In this document: one piece after another, positions 1-10,100 of the stretch | How positions within the stretch are numbered: position 1 is the first letter of the stretch | How the letters are laid out: each line of letters begins with the position of its first letter | From: Lama guanicoe | Lineage: Eukaryota | Reading direction: 5' to 3' | DNA: 64,000 nt | NCBI GenBank assembly: GCA_013239625.1 | Contig: MU053873.1 | Coordinates: 1,874,524-1,938,523, forward strand | Position numbers and translations under genes: made by a program | The notes under the pieces: model-generated | Told to the model about the DNA's origin: nothing | Seen by the model: only the letters and a program-made list of their open reading frames with translations | Databases searched by the model: none

Positions 1-2059
1 CTCTGCGTCTCCCCTGGTTGGGCCTGGGGCCCCGGGATGAGGGTGAGAGGGTCACTGGAAGCCCACCCAGGCCCTTTATTCCTTTGTGCCGAAATCAGCC
101 AAGCCTCAGTCTTTTCTCTGGCTCTCACTTCCCTGTCACTTTGCTAAGTAATAATTTCCATGTCCAATTCCATTTCTTTTCTAGTTCTGAAACCTCTAAG
201 CTATCAGCAAGAGGATAGTTCACATGAAAACTAATTACACAAAATCAATATTTAATCACAGACCAACAACCTGATCCTGCAGAAAAATCCTTTTAAAACT
301 CCACCGCCCTGTACAAATACTTCTTCCTGGATGCTTATTTATGGACCCCATTTTTGGCGGGGGTAATTTTCATTTTTAATTTTAAAAAGGAAAAAAATAT
401 CTGTAGACACCCTCACCAGGGATTTCCCACGAAGGGCCTTAGATCTGAGCTTGCTTCCGCTGTCTGAGTTTTTAAGTTGCAGGTTTTTATTTTTTTTTTT
501 TATTTGTATTCTTATGGGGGGGTGTTATTTTCTTCAGGAGCCCCCAAAGACCCTGCTTCCTGCTTCTTCTAGCCCTAAATTGAGCCCATTTTCCTGGCAT
601 TTTGGGTTCTGGAACACCCAGCGTCTGCCTTCCCAGCAGCAACTCCAGGGAGCAATGAATCTGCGCCGACTACGTGGTAACTTTTTAACTCCCTGCCCGC
701 GACGGTGGAGTGCTTAATCTGAGGTTTTTAAATAAAAAGGGCTCAAGGGTTGGTTTTATTATAACGTTTATTTCATTTCAGATTTCATGCGCAATTTAGC
801 AAACGCTAGACAGACTTGGGCGATAAACACTTTCTTTTGTGGGGGGAAAAGGCATTTTTATACACCATGCTTAATTTTATTTAGATTTAATAGCGATATC
901 AGGGGCACTTCAAAGAAAGTTCCTTTTTTCTCCCCTTCTCCTAAGAGTGCTGGTCTGCTAGCAAAATCGCCTCGTGCTATTTTATGGCAAGGAAAATTAA
1001 AGGACTTCTCCCCCTTCCTCCCCTCCAAACGCTCTAGGGAGGAAAATACACGCACCAGGCACACAGAATAAACACTTCCTCTACCCTCCGTCACCTCTAA
1101 CTCTCAACTTCTAATTGCAAGATAGATTGCAGCCTCAGTGGGGATCAGGAAGATCTAAACATTTTAACTAAGATTATTGGGATAAATATTTCATAAAGAG
1201 CAGGGCAGATATTAAATTACTCCTATTGATTTTAGTATCACAACCCAATTCCGTTTCTTGGCCTCTTCACTTTAATTGATCTCTTAAGGAGGCCAACCTC
1301 GAGCTCGAAGAGGGCCTGGGCCTTGAACGGGGATGCCTGGACTAGAGTGTCCCCGCCGGCCAGTGCGGCTTTCTGAGCGCTGGTCTTCTCTGGGGGCTTC
1401 TAGTTGCCTCGCTGCTCTGGCGCTGGGCTCATCCGATATGCCCCCCATAAAGTGACCGAAGGGTTATGGTTCCTCCCGGCCGAAGCCGGCCGCTGAGAAC
1501 CAGGAACCCTAGACAGTGGGAACAGGGAACAATTGTGCGTGCCCTAGTGAAGGAAGAGTGAGCAAGCGCCCGGGTCTCTCGATGAGAACCCTAACTTCAG
1601 GGTTCCCCGTGCGCTTTCACCTCCAGGAAAATCCCAGGGCCGGCTAACTTGGGCGCCACAAGTAAGCAGACAGCGGTGGAGAGCAGAGGGTTCGCTCCAG
1701 GACTGAAGCGCAGTCGACACTTAGCGACTTTCCGAGAGCTTTGCCTGGCGACCCCATTGTCTGAGCGCCCCGCACCGCTTACCGCCCACCTCCCCGCCCC
1801 CTGCCCACCCCGCAGGTCTCGCTTCAGTTGGGGGTGGGGAGTTGGGAACTGCGATGAGTGGGAAGGGGGGTGAACAAAGCCAAGCTCCCGCCATTCTCCG
1901 CCTGCGCCCTCTCCATCCCGATGTGCCGGGAGGCTAGGGTACTCCCGCAGCGCACTGGCTCCGGACCCCGAGGCTAACCGGTGCAAGGGACCCCCGAGCT
2001 GGCGAAGTGCGGGTTCGTACCGGGGGCCTCAGCAGTCAGCACCCAGGACCACCTTAAGA

Positions 2060-2150
2060 GCGAGCCCCGCCCCGGGCCCGGAGCTCGGGCTGCGCTGATT
2101 GGTGCAAATGTAATGGCTGAAATTGATTGCTGAAATGCAAAACTTGTTGC
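2060..2150 (+). promoter_or_regulatory. MN1: TATA-less core/proximal promoter of MN1 (GC box plus inverted CCAAT box)
   Basis: GCCCCGCCCC at 2064-2073, CTGATTGG at 2095-2102, then a short AT-richer patch (GCTGAAAT repeated at 2116 and 2129) inside the CpG island. Further GC boxes at about 1780-1812. The TSS near 2150 is inferred, not observed. Confidence 0.55.
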
Positions 2151-3347
2151 TGCTTCTCCGGGCTCAGGGCGAGAGGCAGACACAGAGAGGGGAGCCGAGA
2201 CCCTCGGAACGCCCCACGCAGAGCCCCCCCGCCAGCCAGGAGAGGGGTGCGCGGACCCCCCAGAGCTGCCTCCGCCCCCTCCCATTCCCGGCTCCGAGAG
2301 CGCAGCCTGAACGCCTTAGCCTGCTCACCCAGCGTGGCCCCCCAACCCGCGTACGCCCCCCTCCCTGGGTCCGAGGGCGACTTGTGAAGCACCTCGGCGC
2401 GGAGGCAGGGAACCCGAGCCTTGGATCGACCCAACCCCTCGTCTCGCTGCCCACCCGCGCCTGGAACGGGGCGCGGAGATCCCTGCGAACTCAAAGACCG
2501 AACAGCGAAGAACAGAAGCGGCAGGCGGCGGACGTGGCCACGAAGCGGCGCGCCGGGGTGCAGCGCACCCGCCGCGGAACAGTGGAGCCGCGCCTTCCCC
2601 CAACCCTCGCGTCAACCCCGGGAGCCCGCCGCCTCCTCAGCCCTGCTGAGCTCTCGGCTAGGGGGCCGGCACCGGTGATGCCGAGCGGAGCCTCCAGTCC
2701 TCCGACTCACTGAAGAAGCAGTAGCCGCTTGCTCAGGGCCGACGGAGACTGTGCGAGCGGATCGTGCTTGGCTGTGGCTCGGGCTGCGGAGCGCGGGGAC
2801 TCCGGGGGGAGGGGGGAGGGACCGCTCTGTCCGTGCCCCAGCGCCAGCCACGGCTTTGAAGGGTCTCCCTACCCGGCCCCTTAGCAGCTCCGCCACTGAC
2901 TCCGGGAGGCTTCGGGCAGCGTCCAGGGGCTCCCCACCCGACCCGATCGGACTTAAGAAGGTGATCGCTCTCCTCTCCCTCCCTCCTTCCCGCCTCCTTC
3001 CCCCCACATAACTTTTTGTCTCCACTTGTCCTCAGCTCCATCCCTGCCCGCAAACCCACCCGCGGCTGTGCCAACCACCCAGAGCATGGGCCCCCCAACA
3101 CGAATCTTGGAGGCCCCACGACGCCGCAAGATATGAGAGGCTCGTGTCGGGCAGAGCGAAAGCTTCAGGAGAGGAGCTGATAGCCCCTAGCCTTCACAAG
3201 CCAGGCGAGGTGGCGTTGCGCGCTGCGCCCCCGCGGTGCTGAACCTCCCGGAGCGCCCAACCCAGGGCCGGAACGAGTAGCTGGCCGGAGGCGCGCCGCG
3301 GAGAGCAGGCTGTCATGCCCTATTGATCCCCCCGCCCCCCGCCAAGT
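2150..3347 (+). other. MN1: MN1 5'UTR (start approximate), about 1.2 kb, GC-rich, four uATGs
   Basis: Lies between the promoter motifs and ATG 3348 (context AAGTATGT, A at -3); uATGs at 2678, 3086, 3133, 3315. Confidence 0.55.
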
Positions 3348-6300
3348 ATGTTTGGGCTGGACCAATTCGAGCCCCAGATCAACAGCAGGAACGCTGGCCA
3401 GGGCGAGAGGAACTTTAACGAGGCCGGACTAAGCATGAACGCCCACTTTAAGGCCCCGGCTTTCCACGCGGGGGGACCCCCTGGCCCCGTGGATCCTGCC
3501 ATGAGCGGGCTGGGCGAACCGCCGATCTTGGGCATGAACATGGAGCCTTACGGCTTTCACGCGCGCGGCCACTCGGAGTTGCACGCGGGGGGGCTGCAGG
3601 CGCAGCCGGTGCATGGATTCTTTGGAGGCCAACAGCCTCACCACGGCCACCCGGGAGGTCACCACCCCCACCAGCATCACCCCCACTTCGGGGGCAACTT
3701 CGGCGGGCCGGATCCTGGGGCCTCGTGCCTGCATGGAGGTCGTCTGCTCGGCTACGGCGGATCGGCCAGCGGCCTGGGCAGCCAGCCGCCCTTCGCCGAG
3801 GGTTATGATCACATGGCGGAGAGCCAGGGGCCGGAGAGCTTCGGCCCGCAGCGACCTGGGAACCTCCCGGACTTCCACAGTTCGAGCGCCTCCGGCCACG
3901 CCGTGCCTGCCCCATGCTTGCCGCTGGACCAGAGCCCTAACCGAGCCGCCTCCTTCCATGGCCTGCCTGCCTCCGGCGGGTCCGATTCCCACAGTCTGGA
4001 GCCCCGGAGGGTGGCGAACCAAGGAGCCGTCGACTCGCTGGAATACAATTACCCGGCCGAGGCGCCCTCGGGACATTTCGACATGTTTTCCCCCTCCGAT
4101 TCCGAGGGGCAGCTGCCTCATTATGCAGCGGGTCGTCAAGTTCCCGGGGGCACTTTCCCGGGTGCCTCGGCCATGCCCAGAGCTGCAGGCATGGTGGGCT
4201 TATCCAAAATGCACGCCCAGCAGCAGCAGCAGCAGCAGCAACAGCAACAGCATCAGCAGCAGCAGCAGCAGCAACAGCAACAGCAGCAGCAGCAACAGCA
4301 ACAGCAGCAGCAGCAGCAGCAGCAGCACAGCGTGTTCTTCGAGAGGTTCGGAGGGACCCGCAAGATGCCAGTGGGTCTGGAGCCTGGAGTAGGTTCCAGG
4401 CACCCGTTAATGCAGCCTCCCCAGCAGGCCCCACCGCCCCCTCAGCAGCAGCCCCCGCAGCAGCCACAGCAGCCGCCGCCGCAGCAGCAGCAGCCGCCGC
4501 CGCCGCCTGGGCTTCTGGTCCGACAAAATTCGTGCCCGCCTGCGCTCCCGCGGCCCCAGCAGGGCGAGGCGGGCACGCCCAGCGGCGGCCTGCAGGACGG
4601 GGGCCCCATGCTGCCAAGTCAACACGCGCAGTTCGAGTACCCTATCCACCGGCTGGAGAACCGGAGCATGCACTCTTATTCCGAGCCTGTATTCAACATG
4701 CAGCACCCTCCACCGCAGCAGGCGCCCAACCAGCGGCTGCAGCATTTCGACGCACCCCCCTACATGAATGTGGCCAAGAGGCCGCGCTTTGACTTCCCGG
4801 GCAGCGCGGGAGTGGACCGCTGCGCTTCGTGGAACGGCAGCATGCACAACGGCGCTCTGGACAACCACCTTTCGCCCTCCGCCTACTCGGGCCTACCCGG
4901 CGAGTTCACGCCACCTGTGCCCGACAGCTTCCCCTCGGGGCCACCCTTGCAGCATCCGGCCCCGGACCACCAGTCCCTGCAGCAGCAGCAGCAACAGCAG
5001 CAACGCCAAAATGCTGCCCTCATGATCAAGCAGATGGCGTCGCGGAATCAGCAGCAGCGGCTGCGCCAGCCCAACCTGGCCCAGCTAGGCCACACCGGAG
5101 ACGTGGGCCAGGGCGGCCTGGTGCACAGTGGCCCAGTGGGTGGCTTGGCCCAGCCGAACTTTGAGCGCGAAAGCGGCGGCGCGGGCGCCGGGCGTCTGGG
5201 CACGTTCGAGCAGCAGGCTCCGCACTTGACGCAGGAGAGTGCGTGGTTCCCAGGTCCGCACCCACCGCCGGGTGACCTGCTGCCCCGCAGGATGGGAGGC
5301 TCAGGCCTGCCCGCTGACTGCGGCCCGCACGACCCCGGGCTGGCGCCGCCCCCTCCGCCTGGTGGCTCGGGGGTGCTGTTCCGGGGCTCTCTGCAGGAGC
5401 CGCTAAGGATGCCCGGAGAGGGCCATGTGCCCGCGCTGCCCTCCCCTGGCCTGCAGTTCGGGGGCAGCCTGGCCAGCCTGGGCCAACTGCAGTCGCCCGG
5501 GGCTGGGGTGGGGCTGCCCAGCGCACCCTCCGAGCGCCGGCCCCCGCCGCCTGATTTCACAGCGCCCGCGCTCGGAGGCCAGCCTGGCTTCCCGTTCGGC
5601 GCAGCGAACCGGCAGGCCACGCCGCACAGCGGCCCAGGCGTGAACTCGCCCCCGAGTACGGGCGGGGGCGGAGGCAGCACAGGCAGCGGCGGCGGCAGCG
5701 GGGGCGCATACCCGCCGCAGCCTGATTTTCAGCCTAGCCAGCGCACCTCGGCCAGTAAGCTGGGCGCGCTCTCACTGGGCTCCTTCAACAAGCCTAGCTC
5801 CAAGGACAACCTGTTCGGCCAGAGTTGCCTGGCTGCACTTTCCACCGCCTGCCAGAACATGATCGCCAGCCTCGGGGCCCCCAACCTCAACGTGACCTTC
5901 AACAAGAAGAACCCGCCCGAGGGCAAGAGGAAACTGAGCCAGAACGAGAACGACGGTGCGGCGGTGGCCAGCAACCCAGGATCGGATTACTTCCCGGGAG
6001 GGACTGTTCCTGGGGCCCCAGGGCCCGGAGGCCCGTCGGGGACCAGTAGCAGCGGTTCCAAACCCTCCGGGCCGCCTAATCCTCCCGCCCAGGGGGACGG
6101 CACCAGCCTCTCCCCCAATTACACCCTGGAATCAACGTCGGGGAACGATGGCAAGCCGGTCCCCGGGGGAGGCGGCCGGGGCCGGGGTCGCAGAAAAAGG
6201 GACAGTGGTCACGTGAGCCCCGGGACCTTCTTCGACAAGTACTCGGCGGCGCCGGACAGCGGGGGCGCGCCTGGGGTGAGCCCAGGGCAACAGCAGGCTC

Positions 6301-7125
6301 CAGGAGCAGCCGTCGTCGGGGGAAGCTCCACGGGCGAGGCACGCGGGGCGCCTACGCCTCACGAGAAAGCGCTCACCTCGCCGTCGTGGGGGAAGGGGGC
6401 CGAGTTGCTCCTGGGGGACCAGTCGGACCTTATGGGGTCCCTGGACGGTGGGGCCAAGTCGGACGGTAGTTCCCCGCACGTGGGCGAATTCGCCTCGGAC
6501 GAGGTGAGCACCAGCTACGCCAACGAGGACGAGGTGTCATCCAGCTCCGATAATCCCCCAGCCCTGGCCAAAGCGAGTAGGAGCCCCCTGGTGACAGGCT
6601 CGCCCAAACTCCCTCCCCGTGGGGTGGGCACGGGGGAACATGGACCGAAGGCACCCCCACCCCCGCTTGGCCTGGGCATCTTGTCTACCTCTACCTCGAC
6701 CCCTGACAGCTACGGCAGCGGGGGCACGCCGGGCCTGGAGCAGGTCCGGACCCCGACGAGCAGCAGCGGTGCACCGCCACCCGACGAGATCCACCCACTG
6801 GAGATCCTCCAGGCACAGATCCAGCTGCAGAGGCAGCAGTTCAGCATCTCTGAGGACCAGCCTCTAGGGCTCAAGGGTGGCAAGAAGGGTGAGTGTGCCG
6901 TCGGGGCCTCCGGCGGCGTGCAGAATGGCGACAGTGAGCTGGGCAGCTGCTGCTCCGAGGCGGTCAAGAGCGCCATGAGCACCATCGATCTGGACTCGCT
7001 GATGGCAGAGCACAGCGCCACCTGGTACATGCCGGCTGACAAGGCTTTGGTGGACGGCCCAGAGGACGACAAGACGCTGGCGCCCTGGGAGAAGGCCAAA
7101 CCCCAGAACCCCAACAGCAAAGAAG
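3348..7125 (+). CDS. MN1: MN1 coding exon 1 (codons 1-1259 plus first base of codon 1260); Pro/Gly/Gln-rich, largely disordered transcriptional co-regulator
   Basis: ORF begins [25 protein letters not shown], the MN1 N-terminus. It contains polyQ tracts, basic KRPRF (4776-4790) and GRGRGRRKR (6174-6200) motifs, and [17 protein letters not shown]. It ends ...PQNPNSKE at the donor AAG|GTATAT (7125/7126), phase 1. Confidence 0.98.
4218..4325 (+). repeat. Coding CAG/CAA repeat: Q11-H-Q24 (codons 291-326)
   Basis: Counted from the sequence: 33 nt Gln, CAT, 72 nt Gln. Confidence 0.97.
4980..5003 (+). repeat. Second coding polyQ tract, Q8
   Basis: CAG4 CAA CAG2 CAA between DHQSL and RQNAALM. Confidence 0.95.
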
Positions 7126-10100
7126 GTATATGCGCTCCTTCCTTGTTCTCTTCTCACCTGGTGGATCCCCGCCCCACCCCTATTGCAGGCCTTAGCTGTT
7201 GCTTTGGAGGTGCTATGAAAGGGGAGAGTCCCTTGGGGTCAGGAGGGCATGGGGCCTTCTTAATGCCCAGCTCAGAGCTGGGTACCCTTTCTTTGCTTAC
7301 ACCAAGGGCTCTGTGGGTGGACCCCTTCCCACCCCCCTTGATGCTGCAGGGTGGATTCTAGCTCCACAGGGTGGTAACAATTTAGATGGCAGCCCTTTGG
7401 GGATTACCTTAGAGCCCCCACCACCACCTCAAGTTTTAGCTGAGTTGCTGGGTACCCAGAGGACTAGGCCCCTTCCCTTTCACACTGAGACCCCTCTTCA
7501 CCCTCAACATTAAGGCTGATTCCACTTTTTAGGAAGTTTTGAGCCCCTCTTCCTGGCAGGACACCTGGGAAGTTGTGTTGATACCTCCCCACCTTGTCCT
7601 AGTCAGCCAACCTGCGGCTTGAGTTCCCTTCGGTTTGCCAGCATCTTTGGGAAAAAAAGTTACCAGCTCTGGTGTCGGCAGCATCATTCAGAGGCAACGC
7701 CTAATTTGACATTTATTCCTAATGAATAGTTGTTTTGTCTCTTCGTAACTATTAGAGTTTCATTGAAAAACTGGAGACCTGTCGGGGTTGTAGGAGGCAG
7801 GCAGCCTTTTCAAAGTGCACCTCCTTGACATTTGGTGAGGGGGCCAGGGCTGGGGTGGGGTCTACTTGGTAGAGACCAGACCAATCAGCCAGGGCATCAT
7901 TTGTGTACGGGAATATGGATATATATTCTTAAGACACAAAGGACCCGCGTTTGTCAATATCTCGCCTGGCTTTGGTGACAGATGTCTGGTCCCAGCTCTC
8001 CTTTGCATTCTAAGCACTCCCTTACCACCAGGCCTGGAGGCCTTTAAGGTGGGTGGGGTGGGGGTTAGTAAACAGACCGCCATTGCTGTTAAAGTAATAA
8101 TAGTTTCTTTAACCTAAAGATGACCGGGCTGCTGTAAATAATCCATTTTATTTTTCAATGGGGACTTTTTAGGTAACATCTTTTTCCATTCCTACCTTTT
8201 TCTTTTAAGCCCTTATTGAACCCCCTTGGTTTCACCAGGGCTGAATATTACCATGGAGCCAGTAGCTGGTGATTTAACCATGTCTCTAAAAACATATATC
8301 CTCTGATCCTTGCCTTCTCTTAGGGTTCTATTCTTCTGCCTTCGTTTTCCTAGTCAACATCCAACATCCTGCCATCTCTTGACCCTGGGTTTAAGGTGAG
8401 GGTAGGTTTTAGGAGTGGGTGGTGGCAGGAGGAGGAGGAAGGGGGGAGGGGAGGCGCGGCAGGAGTTGGGTGGCTCAGAACTCGGGGCTTTCACCGCCTG
8501 TCCGGGGTAGCTTTCCCGCTTGGGTTTTCTAATTCATGAATGCGGCCTCGCTGTTTTTCTTTGTTCGCCTACTGCCCAGCCCGGGACGCCACTGTCTCAT
8601 TTGAAGCTGGGTGTTTAGCATGCACAGCAGACTGCGGCCAGCATCAGCATTCTCCAGGCTTCTCCCAGGCAAGGCCATAAATTGGTTAGTTTGGGACCCT
8701 CCGCGGCTTCTCCCTCTTTCCCCTCCCTCCTTTTTAAAATGGAGTTGGACCCGGCATCCTGCTTGCTTGGCCCCCCTTCTCTTTTATTTTCTTGTACACA
8801 ACATCTCCGTCCTGCCGATCGATAGCTGGTTAGCACAAATCCCAGCCCCTGTCACTTTTACCTGGAGGGGCCTGGCTGCCCCTCCCCCTCCCCTCCTCTT
8901 GGCACCCCCCCTCCCCCAGTAATTAAGACCATATTGGTCAAAATGGGGTGAGAAAAGTTAAAAAGAAAAAAACCTGATTTAGAAAATTAGTAAAGAAAAA
9001 CCAGTAGCACTTTACCTGCAAGTCTTTTGAAGGGCCTTAGGTGTAGGGCCTTGGGTGGTTTTAGTGAGATTTTTTTTTAAGGTGTTACACTGCTCCCTTC
9101 CCAGTTCAACTAGTCTTCCTTTACAGAACAAAACAAAACAAAAAAACAAAACAAAATGCAGGCTGCGAATGAAGAAATGCCATTAAAGAAATGTTTTGTT
9201 TTGTTTGTTTCACTATTACAGTTAGATGAAGGAAAATAATTTTTTTGGAAACAGATGCTAGTCACTTCAGGGCTGATGTCCCCTGTACGTTTGCTAAACG
9301 CAGCTCTTTCTGCACGCAGGAGACAGGGATTTCCTTTAGGGACCAGCTGCCTTAGGAGCGTCGGCAGGGACACCCACTTGACCTCCTTTGTTTTCCACTC
9401 TGTGATGTGGGAAGGACAGTTTCCTAGATAAAGCCCTGAATTGAGGTCACTCACAGCTTCCGCAGCCTTGGGGCTGCTAGTTAAGGCTTTATAAGGTATC
9501 TGCATCTGATTCCTGCTCCCTTACTGGTAGTAAATAAGGATGATTAAACTTTTCATTATGATAACACCCTGCAGTTCCATCTGCACATGTTGTATAAATA
9601 GGTACACAGAGCCTTTTAAGGGCCCCCGAATCCCTTGGCTGAAAATCAGAGTGAAGTGTACCACTTCGAAGTAGAGTTGAGAAAAAAAGAATTTAAAGGA
9701 AAACGTCCTGCTTTCCCTTAAACACATGCCCGTGTAGTCCCATCAGCCGTGAAGCAGCTCTGAACACACCTTTTCTAGGTTCCAGCCCCAGCAAGTACTT
9801 TCTTTCACCGCCTGCCCCCCTCCTCCTGCCTTTTCAGGCAAAGCCCATTTTTGTAATGATATTTTATTTTGTCACGCCGTAAAACACGCCAGTACTAATG
9901 TGATTAAATATTAACACCGTTTCTGAAATTCTTCACTCCGATGACAAAATACTAGTCGGTCTTTAACAAAATGATGGTTCTCCGATTGGAGAGAACGAAT
10001 AAGTCTTCGGAACTGTACAAGCCATGTAGCTACTGGGACGTGCCCAGATTGTCTTATGGGGTTTAGATGTCCTTTGGAGGGGAGGGAACTCGACTGGCAA

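Larger units (their letters stand above)
1300..7150. promoter_or_regulatory. Large CpG island covering the MN1 promoter, 5'UTR and all of coding exon 1
   Basis: Very GC-rich, CpG-dense sequence from about 1.3 kb to the exon 1 donor; boundaries estimated by eye. Confidence 0.9.

Noticed and set aside
2123..2713. 196-aa ORF over the promoter/5'UTR
   Set aside because: Its start (TTG 2123 or ATG 2135) is at or before the inferred TSS, and long frames are expected in very GC-rich DNA; only the ATG 2678 part is kept as a uORF
3613..4392. 259-aa +1-frame ORF reading the CAG tract as poly-Ser (possible dual coding)
   Set aside because: Several in-frame ATGs precede it, making leaky scanning unlikely; stop-poor alternative frames are expected in GC-rich CDS; no evidence of translation
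3429..5680. Antisense ORFs (poly-Ala/poly-Leu and others) over exon 1
   Set aside because: Shadow frames of the GC-rich MN1 CDS and CAG repeat
3348..7361. Single-exon 1337-aa ORF as the MN1 protein
   Set aside because: The last 78 codons are intron read-through; the authentic C-terminus is in exon 2 at 45499-45680
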